Below, piece by piece: positions 39,584-51,487 of a stretch of 64,000 nt of DNA. The stretch lies in NCBI RefSeq assembly GCF_000006765.1, contig NC_002516.2; one strand, 5' to 3'. Under the pieces are notes generated by a model that searched no databases, was not told the origin of the DNA, and saw only the letters and a program-made list of their open reading frames with translations. The translations under genes were made by a program, and so were the position numbers. The DNA comes from Pseudomonas aeruginosa PAO1 (lineage in GTDB: Bacteria; Pseudomonadota; Gammaproteobacteria; Pseudomonadales; Pseudomonadaceae). Numbering within the stretch: the stretch's first letter is position 1; each line of letters begins with the position of its first letter.

Positions 39584-41878
39584 ATGGATATCTGGAACTG
39601 GGTGGAGAAGCTCCGCGCCGACCTGCGTGAGGCCGGCCAGGAGCAGAGTGCGCGGCTGATCGACGAACTCACCGCGTACGTCTGCGACCTCGAGGTGGAG
39701 CGCGCCGAGGCGCTGTTGCCGGAGGTCAAGGCGCTGAGCCGGACGTTGAACAACCCGTGGCTGGAAATCTTCGTCCGCCACTGGGAAATGCGTAACCGGG
39801 TCGGCAACCAACTGGAGGGTGAGACCGCCCTGGCCGACGCCGTTTCCCTGTTCGAACTGGCCAACCGCGACGACACCCAGGCCTGCCCGCAGTCGGTCTG
39901 CGTGACCCAGGACCTGGCGTCGTGCTACGCCAACGTCGACGGCCCGGGCTGGGTGGAGGAACGCATCGAGGTGTGCGACGAGACCCTGGCGCGGATCGAC
40001 CCGACCTGGGCCTGCTTCCACTGTCTGAGCAACGAGAAGGCCGAGGCGCTGCTCGACGACGGGCGCGGCGAAGATGCCCTGGCCTTCCTGGCCGAACAGG
40101 AGAAGAAGATCCTCGCCGCCGGCGAGGAGGTATTCGACAGCCTCCTGGAGATGCGCGTGGCGATCCTGCTGAACCTGGGGCGCGCGGAACAGGCGCTGGC
40201 CCTGATCGGCGAGATGGAGGAGAAGGTCGAGGGCGCGGAGTGGAACAACATCAGCCAGCCACGGCGTCTGTACAAGGCCCACGGCCTGGCGTTGCTGGGG
40301 CGCGACGAGGAGGCCCTGGAGGCGCTGCTGCCGTTCTCCGAGATTGCCCCGCGCTACCGTACGATCTGGCTGCGCGCCGTCTACCTGCTGCTGCAACGGA
40401 CCCCTGAGCGCAACACCTGGGACTTCGGCGGGCGCCTGCAGCAGATGCTCGAACACTACTCGCAGAAGGGCGCGCACCGGGTGGTCATCGATGTTGCCAG
40501 CCAGGCCATCCGCCTCGCGTTGCAACGCGGTTCGGTATGGAGCGCCAGGCGCCACCTGGCGCTGGCCGAACAGCATGCTCAACAGTTGCAGCGCGATCGG
40601 GGCGCCAGCCAGTTGCTCGCCGGGTTGAGGGAGGAGATCGATGCCGCGCCGCAGCAGCAGGAGCTGCCGGTGCCGGCTGCGGAGTTGCTCGACTGGCTGG
40701 CTGCTCAGGGCAGCGAAGACGCGCCGCGCAACCCGGAGAAAGAAGTGCAGTGGCTGCTCCAGGCGCTGGCCGAGCGGCCCGACGACACCGCCTTGCGCGA
40801 AGTGGCCGCCTCGGCGCTACAGGCCTGCTCCGCCGACGACGAGGCCATCGACCTGCTCTGGGAGTACGTCGAGCGCCACACCGACGAGGAGCAGCAACTG
40901 GCCTACTACCTGCTCAATGCCTTGCTGGCCCGCGGCGAGTACGACCAGGTCAAGCGCCTCGGCCGGCTCTACGCCGACAGCGTGCCGCTGATCGCGCTGT
41001 GGAGCGAAGTCAAGCTGGCCGAGAAACTCAACGACTGGCCGGAGCTGGAGCGCGCCTGCCAATCGGTGCTGGAAATTTCTCCCGGCTCGCTGGGAGCCCA
41101 CAGCCTGCTGGGTAAGGCGCTGATGGAGCAGGATCGCTTCGCCGAGGCGGCGCTGGCCTACCAGCGTCTGGCCGGCAAGCTGGAGGAGCCGCAGTCGGTG
41201 CAGTGGGACCAGATGACCGCCGCCAGCGCCGCGCGCGACTGGACGATGCTGCGCGAGGTCGCTGCCGGCATGGGCATGGAGTTCGCCGCCGGCGACGGAC
41301 CGATCGAGGAAGACTGGGGCTGGGTGATCGTCCGCTACATCGAGGATGGCGAAGCGCTCGACTACTACGCCCGGCGCACCGGCCCGGTGACCGCGCGGGT
41401 CCTCGAGAACGCGCCGGGCAACCGCAGCCAGCGGGTCGGTGACTGGGTGGTGTTCGACGCCGGCCTGATCTATCCGGCTCCGGAAGACGAGGAGGAACGC
41501 AAGCGTTTCGTTCCCACCTATGCGATGGTGCACGTCCTCGAGAGCGGTGGTTACTCGCCGAGCTGGCTGGTGGACGGCGTCTATCCGGGCGACGAGGCCT
41601 TCGACGCCTTCCGCGAAACGCTCGACGCGCGCGGCTGGAAGGTCTGGGTGCACAGCAACCGCGACTACCAGGTCACCGATGCCAGCAGCGGCGAGGAACT
41701 GCGGGCGATCTACTTCACCGTCGCGACACCCGCGCAGCAGGCGCCGCGCGACCTGCACCAGGCGTTGCAGGAGGCCACCGGGCAATGGCCGCACCGCATG
41801 TGCTGGCTGCGCCTGGCGGAAGCGGCGGAGGTCGACACCCAGCCGCACCTGGACGCTATCGAGCGCTACGGCCTGTAG
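39584..41878 (+). CDS. Large TPR-like hypothetical protein (PA1069), 764 aa
   Basis: Helical repeat pattern with a Cys-rich N-terminal segment; 36 bp after the Hsp90 paralog. Confidence 0.85.
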   Translation: MDIWNWVEKLRADLREAGQEQSARLIDELTAYVCDLEVERAEALLPEVKALSRTLNNPWLEIFVRHWEMRNRVGNQLEGETALADAVSLFELANRDDTQACPQSVCVTQDLASCYANVDGPGWVEERIEVCDETLARIDPTWACFHCLSNEKAEALLDDGRGEDALAFLAEQEKKILAAGEEVFDSLLEMRVAILLNLGRAEQALALIGEMEEKVEGAEWNNISQPRRLYKAHGLALLGRDEEALEALLPFSEIAPRYRTIWLRAVYLLLQRTPERNTWDFGGRLQQMLEHYSQKGAHRVVIDVASQAIRLALQRGSVWSARRHLALAEQHAQQLQRDRGASQLLAGLREEIDAAPQQQELPVPAAELLDWLAAQGSEDAPRNPEKEVQWLLQALAERPDDTALREVAASALQACSADDEAIDLLWEYVERHTDEEQQLAYYLLNALLARGEYDQVKRLGRLYADSVPLIALWSEVKLAEKLNDWPELERACQSVLEISPGSLGAHSLLGKALMEQDRFAEAALAYQRLAGKLEEPQSVQWDQMTAASAARDWTMLREVAAGMGMEFAAGDGPIEEDWGWVIVRYIEDGEALDYYARRTGPVTARVLENAPGNRSQRVGDWVVFDAGLIYPAPEDEEERKRFVPTYAMVHVLESGGYSPSWLVDGVYPGDEAFDAFRETLDARGWKVWVHSNRDYQVTDASSGEELRAIYFTVATPAQQAPRDLHQALQEATGQWPHRMCWLRLAEAAEVDTQPHLDAIERYGL

Positions 41879-41895
41879 CCGGTACGCCTCGGCAT

Positions 41896-41921
41896 AAAAA
41901 ACGGCCCGTGAGGGCCGTTTT
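41896..41921. terminator. Bidirectional intrinsic terminator between PA1069 and braG
   Basis: AAAACGGCCC-GTGA-GGGCCGTTTT. Confidence 0.8.
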
Positions 41922-41953
41922 CGTATGCGCTGAAGTCTCCGGCGGGACGGTGC

Positions 41954-42661
41954 TCAGCCGCCGAGGTAGGCGTCGCGCACCTTCGGGTTGGTCAGCAGGG
42001 CGGCGCCGGTGTCGTGCATGACGATCCGGCCGTTCTCCAGCACGTAGGCGCGATCGGCGAGCTTCAACGCCTGGTTGGCGTTCTGCTCGACGAGGAACAC
42101 GGTGACGCCTTCGCGACGCAACTGCTCGATGATCTCGAAGATCTGCTGGATGATGATCGGCGCCAGGCCGAGCGAAGGTTCGTCCAACAGCAACAGCTTT
42201 GGCTTGCTCATCAGCGCGCGGCCGATGGCGAGCATCTGCTGTTCGCCGCCGGACATGGTCCCGGCGCGCTGTTCGTAGCGTTCCTTCAGGCGCGGGAAGA
42301 GTTCCAGCACCTTGTCCATCTGCACCTGGTAGTCGTCCTTGTCGGTGAAGAAGCCGCCCATCGCCAGGTTTTCTTCCACCGTCAGGCGGGAGAAGACCCG
42401 GCGGCCTTCCGGGACCACCGCGATGCTCTTGCGCATGATGGTGGAGGAGGGCAGGCCGACCAGTTCCTCGCCTTCGTAGCGGATGCTGCCGCTGGCCGCC
42501 TGCGGCGAGCCGCAGAGCGTCATCAGCAGGGTCGACTTGCCGGCGCCGTTGGCGCCGATCAGGGTGACGATCTCGCCCTTCTTCACTTCCACGCTGACGT
42601 CGTGCAGCGCCTGGATCTTGCCGTAGTAGGTGGAAACCTTGTCGAAACTCAGCATGCTCAC
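41954..42661 (-). CDS. braG: Branched-chain amino acid ABC ATPase (LivF-like)
   Basis: GANGAGKST, MSGGEQQ and LLDEPS. Confidence 0.95.
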   Translation of the reverse strand: MSMLSFDKVSTYYGKIQALHDVSVEVKKGEIVTLIGANGAGKSTLLMTLCGSPQAASGSIRYEGEELVGLPSSTIMRKSIAVVPEGRRVFSRLTVEENLAMGGFFTDKDDYQVQMDKVLELFPRLKERYEQRAGTMSGGEQQMLAIGRALMSKPKLLLLDEPSLGLAPIIIQQIFEIIEQLRREGVTVFLVEQNANQALKLADRAYVLENGRIVMHDTGAALLTNPKVRDAYLGG

Positions 42662-43425
42662 GCTTCCCCCAGATAAGCCTTGATCACGTCCGGGTTGTCG
42701 CGGATCTGCTCCGGCGTCCCGTCGGCCAGGGGGGCGCCCTGGTTGATCACCACGATATGGTCGGAAATGCTCATCACCAGCTTCATGTCGTGCTCGATCA
42801 GCAATACCGTCACGTTGTGCTCGCTGCGCAGCTTGGCGATCAGCGCCTTGAGGTCGTCGGTCTCCTTCGGGTTGAGGCCGGCGGCCGGCTCGTCGAGCAT
42901 GAGGATCCGCGGGCGGGTCATCATGCAGCGGGCGATCTCCAGGCGTCGCTGCTGGCCATAGGCGAGGGTGCCGGCGCTGCGGTTGGCGAACTCGGTAAGG
43001 TTGACTTCCTCCAGCCAGTGCGCGGCGTACTCCATGGCCTCGCGCTCGCTGCGGCGGAATGCCGGGGTCTTGAACAGGCCGGCGAGGAAGTTGGTGTTGA
43101 GGTGGCGGTGCTGGGCGACCAGCAGGTTCTCCACCGCGGTCATTTCCTTGAACAGGCGGACGTTCTGGAAGGTCCGCACCACGCCCTTGCGAGCGATCTT
43201 GTGACCGGGCAGGCCCTGGATCTCCTCGCCGTCGAGGCGGATCAGGCCGCCGGTGGGCTGGTAGAAGCCGGTCAGGCAGTTGAACACGGTGGTCTTGCCG
43301 GCGCCGTTCGGGCCGATCATCGAGACCACCTGCTTTTCCTCGACCTTCAGGTTGACGCCGTTGACGGCCAGCAGGCCGCCGAAGCGCATGGTCAGGCCGC
43401 TCACTTCGAGAATCGGTCGGCTCAT
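42658..43425 (-). CDS. braF: Branched-chain amino acid ABC ATPase (LivG-like)
   Basis: GPNGAGKTT; [13 protein letters not shown]. Confidence 0.95.
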
Positions 43426-44671
43426 GGCTTCAGCTCCAGGTGCGGGCGTTGCATCGGCAGCAGTCCCTGGGGACGCCAGATCATCATCACGATCATGGTC
43501 AGGCCGAAGATCAGCATGCGGTATTCGTTGAACCCGCGCATTTCCTGGAGCAGCACCATCACCACCGCGGCGAGTATCACGCCGAGCTGCGAACCCATGC
43601 CGCCGAGCACGACGATCGCAAGGATCATCGCCGACTCGATGAAGGTGAAGGACTCAGGCGTCACCAGGCCCTGGCGGGCGGCGAAGAAGCTGCCGGCGAA
43701 ACCGGCGAAGCTGGCGCCGATGGTGAAGGCGGAGAGCTTGACGATGGTCGGGTTGAGACCGAGAGCGCGGCAGGCCACTTCGTCCTCGCGCAGCGCTTCC
43801 CAGGCGCGACCGATCGGCATGCGCATCAGCCGGTTGATCACGAACAGGGCCAGCAGCACCAGCAGCAGGGCCACCACGTAGAGCAGGATGACCTTGTAGT
43901 TGGTGTTGTAGGCGATGCCGAAGAACTCGTGGAAGGTCTGCATGCCTTCCGGCGCGCGGCGTTCGAAGGTCAGGCCGAACAGGGTCGGCTTGGGGATCGA
44001 GCCGATGCCGTTGGGGCCGCCGGTGATCTCGGTCATGTTGCGCAGCAGGATGCGGATGATCTCGCCGAAGCCGAGGGTCACGATCGCCAGGTAGTCGCCG
44101 CGCAGGCGCAGCACCGGGAAGCCGAGGAGGAAGCCGAACAGCGCGGCCATCATCCCGGCGATCGGCAGGGCGGTCCAGAAGCCGAACCCGGCGTACTCGG
44201 CGAGCAGCGCGTAGGTGTAGGCACCTACCGCGTAGAAGCCGACGTAGCCGAGATCGAGCAGGCCGGCCAGGCCGACCACGATGTTCAGGCCGATGCCGAG
44301 CATCACGTAGATCAGGATCAGGGTGGCGATGTCCACCGCCCCGCGCGAGGCGAAGAACGGCCAGACGAAAGCCACCACGACCAGGGCGAGGACCGCCCAG
44401 CGCTGGGTCGATGGCAGGCTGAGGAAGTTCTTCAGGCCGCTGCCGTTGACCTTGTAGCCGACGCCGCGACCCAGCTTGAGCGGGATGCGGTCGCGGAACA
44501 GCTGCCAGACGAACATGGCCAGGGCGGCCGCGGCGATGGTCCAGAGGGTCTGCGCATCGGCGCCGAGGACCTCGAGCTTGATGCCGACGGTGCGCAGCTT
44601 CAGGCCTAGGATCGGATAGGACACCAGGATCACGAGGAGGGCGCTGAACAGCGCGCGCTTGAGGGACTGGC

Positions 44672-44675
<4 letters not shown>
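43422..44675 (-). CDS. braE: Branched-chain amino acid ABC permease (LivM-like)
   Basis: [16 protein letters not shown]. Confidence 0.95.
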
Positions 44676-45595
<920 letters not shown>

Positions 45596-45855
45596 GGGAC
45601 TCTCTCGCTAAACGCCCGCCGTTGTACGGCAGGTAGACGTTCGGCTCGCGGGTGTGGGGCCGGAACGCTGCTGAGACCCGTCACGATCCGGCGCGCGGCG
45701 GGCCGGCGGGAGGCAGGGGAAAGCCGCGCTCCCGTCCACCAGGAGTGAACGCTGCCGGTCTTCGCCTGCCCTTGCCGGGCCGCCGCTCGCGGAATCATGC
45801 GGGTACTAAAACAAAGCCCACGGTGGGTGACGTGGGCTCCGTACTGCAACGATGC

Positions 45856-46977
45856 TTACTTGACCTCGGTCCGGGTGGCGTCCTTGTGCCACTCGTAGAC
45901 GGTGAAGTCGAAGTTCTTCAGGTCGCCCTTCTCGTCGAACCCGAGGTTCCCGGTGGGAGTCTCGAAGGTGTTGGCGCGCAGGGCCTCGGCGACCTTCTCC
46001 GGATCGGCCTCGCCGGCTTTCTCGATGCCCTTGGCGATCACTGTGACCGCGGAGTAGGCGGGCAGGACGAAGATGCCGCTCGGATCCTGGTTCTTCGCCT
46101 TGAAGGCGTCGATCAGGGCCTTGTTCTTCGGATCCTGCTCGAAGGCGCGCGGCAGGGTCGCCAGCATGCCTTCCGAAGCGTCGCCGGCGATCGCGGTGAT
46201 TTCGCTGTTGCCGACCCCTTCCGGGCCCATGAAGCGCGCGTCCAGCCCGGCCTGCTTGGCCTGGCGCAGCAGCAGGCCCATTTCTGGGTGGTAGCCGCCG
46301 AAGTAGACGAACTGCACGCCGGCTTTCTTCAGCTTGCTGATCAGCGCGTTGAAGTCCTTGTCGCCGGCGTTCAGGCCTTCGAAGACGGCAACCTTGATGC
46401 CGGCGTCTTCCACGGTCTTCTTCACCTCGGTGGCGATGCCTTCGCCGTACTGCTGCTTGTCGTGCAGTACCGCGATGGTCTTGTCCTTGTAGCGTTCGGC
46501 GATGAACTTGCCGGCCACCGGGCCCTGCATGTTGTCCAGGCCGATGGTGCGGAAGATCAGCTTGTAGCCGCGCGAGGTGATTTCCGGGGCGGTGGCCGAC
46601 GGGGTGATCATCAGCACGCCTTCGTCTTCGTAGATGTCGGTGGCGGGTTGGGTGGAGCTGGAGCAGACATGACCGACCACGAACTTGACGCCGTCGTTGA
46701 CCACCTTGTTGGCGACCGCCACGGCCTGCTTGGGATCGCAGGCGTCGTCGTAGATCACGCCTTCGAGTTGCGCGCCGTTCACGCCGCCTGCCTTGTTGAT
46801 CTGTTCGATTGCCATCAGCGCACCGGCGCGCTGCATGTCGCCGTACTGGGCTACCGGACCGGTGACCGGGCCAGCCAGGGCGATCTTGATGGTGTCGGCG
46901 GCCATGGAGTAGCTGGCGAACCCGGCAATGGCCATCGCGGCGAACAGGCGGGATAGACGCTGAGTACCCTTCTTCAT
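45856..46977 (-). CDS. braC: Leu/Ile/Val/Thr/Ala-binding periplasmic protein
   Basis: Signal peptide; DDACDPKQAVAVAN; VGHVCSS. Confidence 0.96.
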   Translation of the reverse strand: MKKGTQRLSRLFAAMAIAGFASYSMAADTIKIALAGPVTGPVAQYGDMQRAGALMAIEQINKAGGVNGAQLEGVIYDDACDPKQAVAVANKVVNDGVKFVVGHVCSSSTQPATDIYEDEGVLMITPSATAPEITSRGYKLIFRTIGLDNMQGPVAGKFIAERYKDKTIAVLHDKQQYGEGIATEVKKTVEDAGIKVAVFEGLNAGDKDFNALISKLKKAGVQFVYFGGYHPEMGLLLRQAKQAGLDARFMGPEGVGNSEITAIAGDASEGMLATLPRAFEQDPKNKALIDAFKAKNQDPSGIFVLPAYSAVTVIAKGIEKAGEADPEKVAEALRANTFETPTGNLGFDEKGDLKNFDFTVYEWHKDATRTEVK

Positions 46978-47071
46978 AGTGCTCCACTCTTCTTGTGTGT
47001 TGTCATTGTTGTAGTCTCGCGGCCGCGGGGGCCGGAGGAGACCGGGTGATCGTCATGGACGGACCCCGGGA

Positions 47072-47087
47072 ACTGTACCGGTACAGT
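47072..47087. promoter_or_regulatory. Perfect 16-bp palindrome upstream of braC
   Basis: ACTGTACCGGTACAGT. Confidence 0.55.
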
Positions 47088-47275
47088 GTAGAGCGGCGCT
47101 TCGTCGCTTGAAAAGCACGGCACGGCGAGCTCCCGTGAGTCGTGTCGCCTGGTTGACATAAACGTATAGAAAAACGGCGCGGACCTGCCTCACCTCCCTG
47201 GGCCCGGTTTCCCTTCGGCTGTCGTGGGCTACCGGCGGGCGTTATCATGGCGCCCATGCAATCCAGGTAGATCCC

Positions 47276-47593
47276 ATGACAGAACAAACTAGCACCCTCT
47301 ATGCCAAGCTGCTCGGCGAGACCGCGGTCATTTCCTGGGCCGAGCTGCAACCGTTTTTCGCCCGTGGCGCCTTGCTCCAGGTCGATGCCGCGCTGGACCT
47401 GGTGGAAGTCGCCGAGGCCCTGGCCGGGGACGACCGCGAGAAGGTCGCCGCCTGGCTTTCCGGCGGCGGCCTGAGCAAGGTCGGGGAGGATGCGGCCAAG
47501 GACTTCCTCGAACGCGACCCGACCCTCTGGGCGGTGGTGGTGGCGCCCTGGGTGGTCATTCAGGAACGCGCGGAAAAAGCGACGTTGCACTGA
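47276..47593 (+). CDS. DUF2288-family protein (PA1075)
   Basis: ISWAELQPFFARG; LWAVVVAPWV. Confidence 0.85.
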   Translation: MTEQTSTLYAKLLGETAVISWAELQPFFARGALLQVDAALDLVEVAEALAGDDREKVAAWLSGGGLSKVGEDAAKDFLERDPTLWAVVVAPWVVIQERAEKATLH

Positions 47594-47659
47594 TCCAGGG
47601 CGGTTTTCTTTCGCTCGACCCTGGCTAGACTGATTCCGATTCCCACCAGGAGATTCGTC

Positions 47660-48022
47660 ATGTTCGAACCAGGCCACCTCCATCTGGTCAGCCTGCCCGG
47701 CCTCGACCAGCAGGACATCAATATCCATATCCGCTACGAGGTGCGGCAGAACGCCGAATCCGGCGCCTATGTGCACTTCGACATGGACGGCGAGATCGAC
47801 GGCAAGCCGTTCAGCGACTCCTTCGAGCTGCCGCGCGATACCGCCTTCAACTTCGCCAGCGATGCCACGCGGGTCGCCCAGAAGCACGGCCTGCACCCGA
47901 AGTTCGGCGCGATCACCCGGGTGCACAAGGAATACGATGCGATGTTCGAGGACATTCGCGCCAAGCTGCATGCCCATCCCGGCGAACCAGTGGATCTCGA
48001 GCGGATCATTCGCCACGAGTGA
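47660..48022 (+). CDS. DUF5064-like hypothetical protein (PA1076)
   Basis: AGGAG RBS; MFEPGHLH..YDAMFEDIRAKL. Confidence 0.82.
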   Translation: MFEPGHLHLVSLPGLDQQDINIHIRYEVRQNAESGAYVHFDMDGEIDGKPFSDSFELPRDTAFNFASDATRVAQKHGLHPKFGAITRVHKEYDAMFEDIRAKLHAHPGEPVDLERIIRHE

Positions 48023-48052
48023 GCCGTGTCCCCGGCGGCCGGAAGCATGGGA

Positions 48053-48085
48053 AAGGCCCGATATCGACGATATCGGGCCTTTTTT
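48053..48085 (+). terminator. Intrinsic terminator after PA1076
   Basis: AAGGCCCGATATC-GAC-GATATCGGGCCTT-TTTT. Confidence 0.85.
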
Positions 48086-48213
48086 CGTTTGCCGGAGAAG
48101 CCGTTCCAGGGGCTTGCCACCCTTGCCGGCAAGCGGAAGCGGCTTGCCGCTTGCCGCTTCCGGGTTACCCTTAAATAAACTCAAGTTATTGAATATAAAG
48201 GTTTTTAATAATT

Positions 48214-48229
48214 TGGCACGGGCCTTGCT
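48214..48229 (+). promoter_or_regulatory. Sigma54 promoter of flgBCDE
   Basis: TGGCACGGGCCTTGCT (GG-N10-GC), with an IHF-like site at 48182-48194. Confidence 0.88.
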
Positions 48230-48274
48230 GAAGTGTTGGCGACGAAAGCCACACCGGCAAACAGGTTCGCAGCC

Positions 48275-48682
48275 ATGAGCATCAGTTTCGACAGAGCACT
48301 CGGTATCCACCAGCAGGCCCTCAGCTTCCGCGCCCAGCGCGCCGAAGTGCTGGCCAACAACCTGGCCAACGCCGATACCCCGAACTACAAGGCTCGCGAC
48401 CTGGACTTCGCCGCGGTTCTCGCCGAGCAGAAGGACAAGGCCGCCAAGGGTACCTTCGCCACCCGCACCACCAACGAGCGGCATATCGCCGCCGAAGGTT
48501 TCGGCATGGGCGAGGGCAGCCTGCAGTACCGCATCCCGGTCCAGCCGTCGATCGACCAGAACACTGTCGACGCCCAGATCGAGCAGGCCAACTACGCCGA
48601 GAACGCCATGCACTTCCAGGCGTCCTTCACCTTCCTCAACAGCAAATTCAAAGGGCTGGTCAGCGCCCTGCGTGGAGAGTAA
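48275..48682 (+). CDS. flgB: Basal-body rod protein FlgB, 135 aa
   Basis: LANNLANADTPNYKARD; NTVD. Confidence 0.96.
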   Translation: MSISFDRALGIHQQALSFRAQRAEVLANNLANADTPNYKARDLDFAAVLAEQKDKAAKGTFATRTTNERHIAAEGFGMGEGSLQYRIPVQPSIDQNTVDAQIEQANYAENAMHFQASFTFLNSKFKGLVSALRGE

Positions 48683-48687
48683 CCGCC

Positions 48688-49128
48688 ATGTCCCTCGCCA
48701 GTGTCTTCAACATTGCCGGTAGCGGCATGAGCGCCCAGAGCACCCGCCTGAACACCGTGGCCAGCAACATCGCCAACGCCGAGACGGTTTCCTCCAGCGT
48801 CGACAAGACCTACCGCGCCCGCCATCCGGTGTTCTCCACCATGTTCCAGCAGGCCCAGGGCGACAGCGGCTCGCTGTTCGCCGACCAGGACAGCTCCGGC
48901 GCCGGCGTGCAGGTGCTGGGCATCGTCGAGGACCAGAGTTCGCTGATGCCGCGCTACGAGCCGAACCATCCGGCCGCGGATGCCAACGGCTACGTGTATT
49001 ACCCCAATGTGAACGTGGTCGAGGAAATGGCCGACATGATTTCCGCCAGCCGTGCCTTCCAGACCAACGCGGAAATGATGAATACCGCCAAACAGATGAT
49101 GCAGAAGGTCCTGACCCTGGGTCAGTGA
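48688..49128 (+). CDS. flgC: Basal-body rod protein FlgC
   Basis: SNIANAE; YEPNHP.AD..GYV.YPNVN. Confidence 0.96.
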   Translation: MSLASVFNIAGSGMSAQSTRLNTVASNIANAETVSSSVDKTYRARHPVFSTMFQQAQGDSGSLFADQDSSGAGVQVLGIVEDQSSLMPRYEPNHPAADANGYVYYPNVNVVEEMADMISASRAFQTNAEMMNTAKQMMQKVLTLGQ

Positions 49129-49140
49129 GCGGAGTAGAGC

Positions 49141-49854
49141 ATGAGCATCGATAACGTCAGCGGCACCAGCAGCAACACCGGCAACGTCAACGGCAGCAAG
49201 CGCGCCGCCGGCAGCGGCGCCACCGAGACCGGGCAGAGCGTCAAGGGCAGCAGCAACCTTGGCAAGGACGAATTCCTCAAGCTGCTGGTGGCCCAGTTGA
49301 AGAACCAGGACCCGATGTCGCCGCAGCAGAACGGCGAGTTCATCGCCCAACTGGCCCAGTTCAGCACCGTGGAAGGCGTGCAGTCGCTGAACAAGAGCAT
49401 GGAGAGCATTCTCTCCAACTACCAGTCGTCGCAGGCCCTGCAAGCCTCGTCGCTGGTGGGGCGCAAGGTCATCGTGGCGACCGACAAGTCGGTGGTGGAC
49501 ACCAAGGACACCTTCAAGGCGTCCCTCAACCTGCCGGTCTCCAGCAGCAACGTATGGGTCAACGTCTACGACGACAAGGGCACCGTGGTCAATCGCATCA
49601 ACCTCGGCCAGCAGGCTGCCGGCAGCGTCAGCTTCATGTGGGACGGCAAGGACAGCAGCGGCAACATCATGCCGCCGGGCACCTACAAGTTCGAGGCGCA
49701 GACCTCGATCGACGGCAAGACCTACGGGCTCCAGACCTACCTGCCGGCCAACGTCGACAGCGTCACCCTGGGGCAGAACGGCGGCGAGCTGATGCTCAAC
49801 CTCGCAGGCCTGGGCAGCATCGCGCTGTCCAAAGTACAGATCATCGGCCAGTAA
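49141..49854 (+). CDS. flgD: Hook-capping protein FlgD
   Basis: FLKLLVAQLKNQDPM; QLAQFS. Confidence 0.96.
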   Translation: MSIDNVSGTSSNTGNVNGSKRAAGSGATETGQSVKGSSNLGKDEFLKLLVAQLKNQDPMSPQQNGEFIAQLAQFSTVEGVQSLNKSMESILSNYQSSQALQASSLVGRKVIVATDKSVVDTKDTFKASLNLPVSSSNVWVNVYDDKGTVVNRINLGQQAAGSVSFMWDGKDSSGNIMPPGTYKFEAQTSIDGKTYGLQTYLPANVDSVTLGQNGGELMLNLAGLGSIALSKVQIIGQ

Positions 49855-51270
<1,416 letters not shown>

Positions 51271-51348
51271 TGACGGCGTGCCGGTGCCGTCCGGGCACCG
51301 GCAAGGCCCTTGCCGCCAGCGGCAACCCCTGGCCAGGGGTTGCCCCCG

Positions 51349-51376
51349 AAGCCTCCGAAAGGAGGCTTTCTGTTTT
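51349..51376 (+). terminator. Intrinsic terminator after flgE
   Basis: AAGCCTCC-GAAA-GGAGGCTT-TCTGTTTT. Confidence 0.75.
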
Positions 51377-51390
51377 ATAAAATCCTTTTA

Positions 51391-51436
51391 AATCAATGTA
51401 TTAATTGTTTTTTCGAATTCTGGCACGGCGCTTGCT
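51391..51436 (+). promoter_or_regulatory. IHF site and sigma54 promoter of flgFGHIJKL
   Basis: AATCAATGTATTA (51391-403) is a perfect IHF consensus. TGGCACGGCGCTTGCT lies at 51421-36. Confidence 0.88.
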
Positions 51437-51487
51437 GGATAACCTGCAAGAAAGCCCGGCGGATTGTGCCGGTGCCTGGAGGATTCG

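Noticed and set aside
37481-40582. 1033-aa minus-strand ORF
   Set aside because: Antisense shadow of PA1068/PA1069 caused by GC3 bias; no recognisable motifs.
47073-47086. braC palindrome as a LexA SOS box
   Set aside because: It is CTG-N8-CAG, whereas the SOS box needs CTG-N10-CAG.
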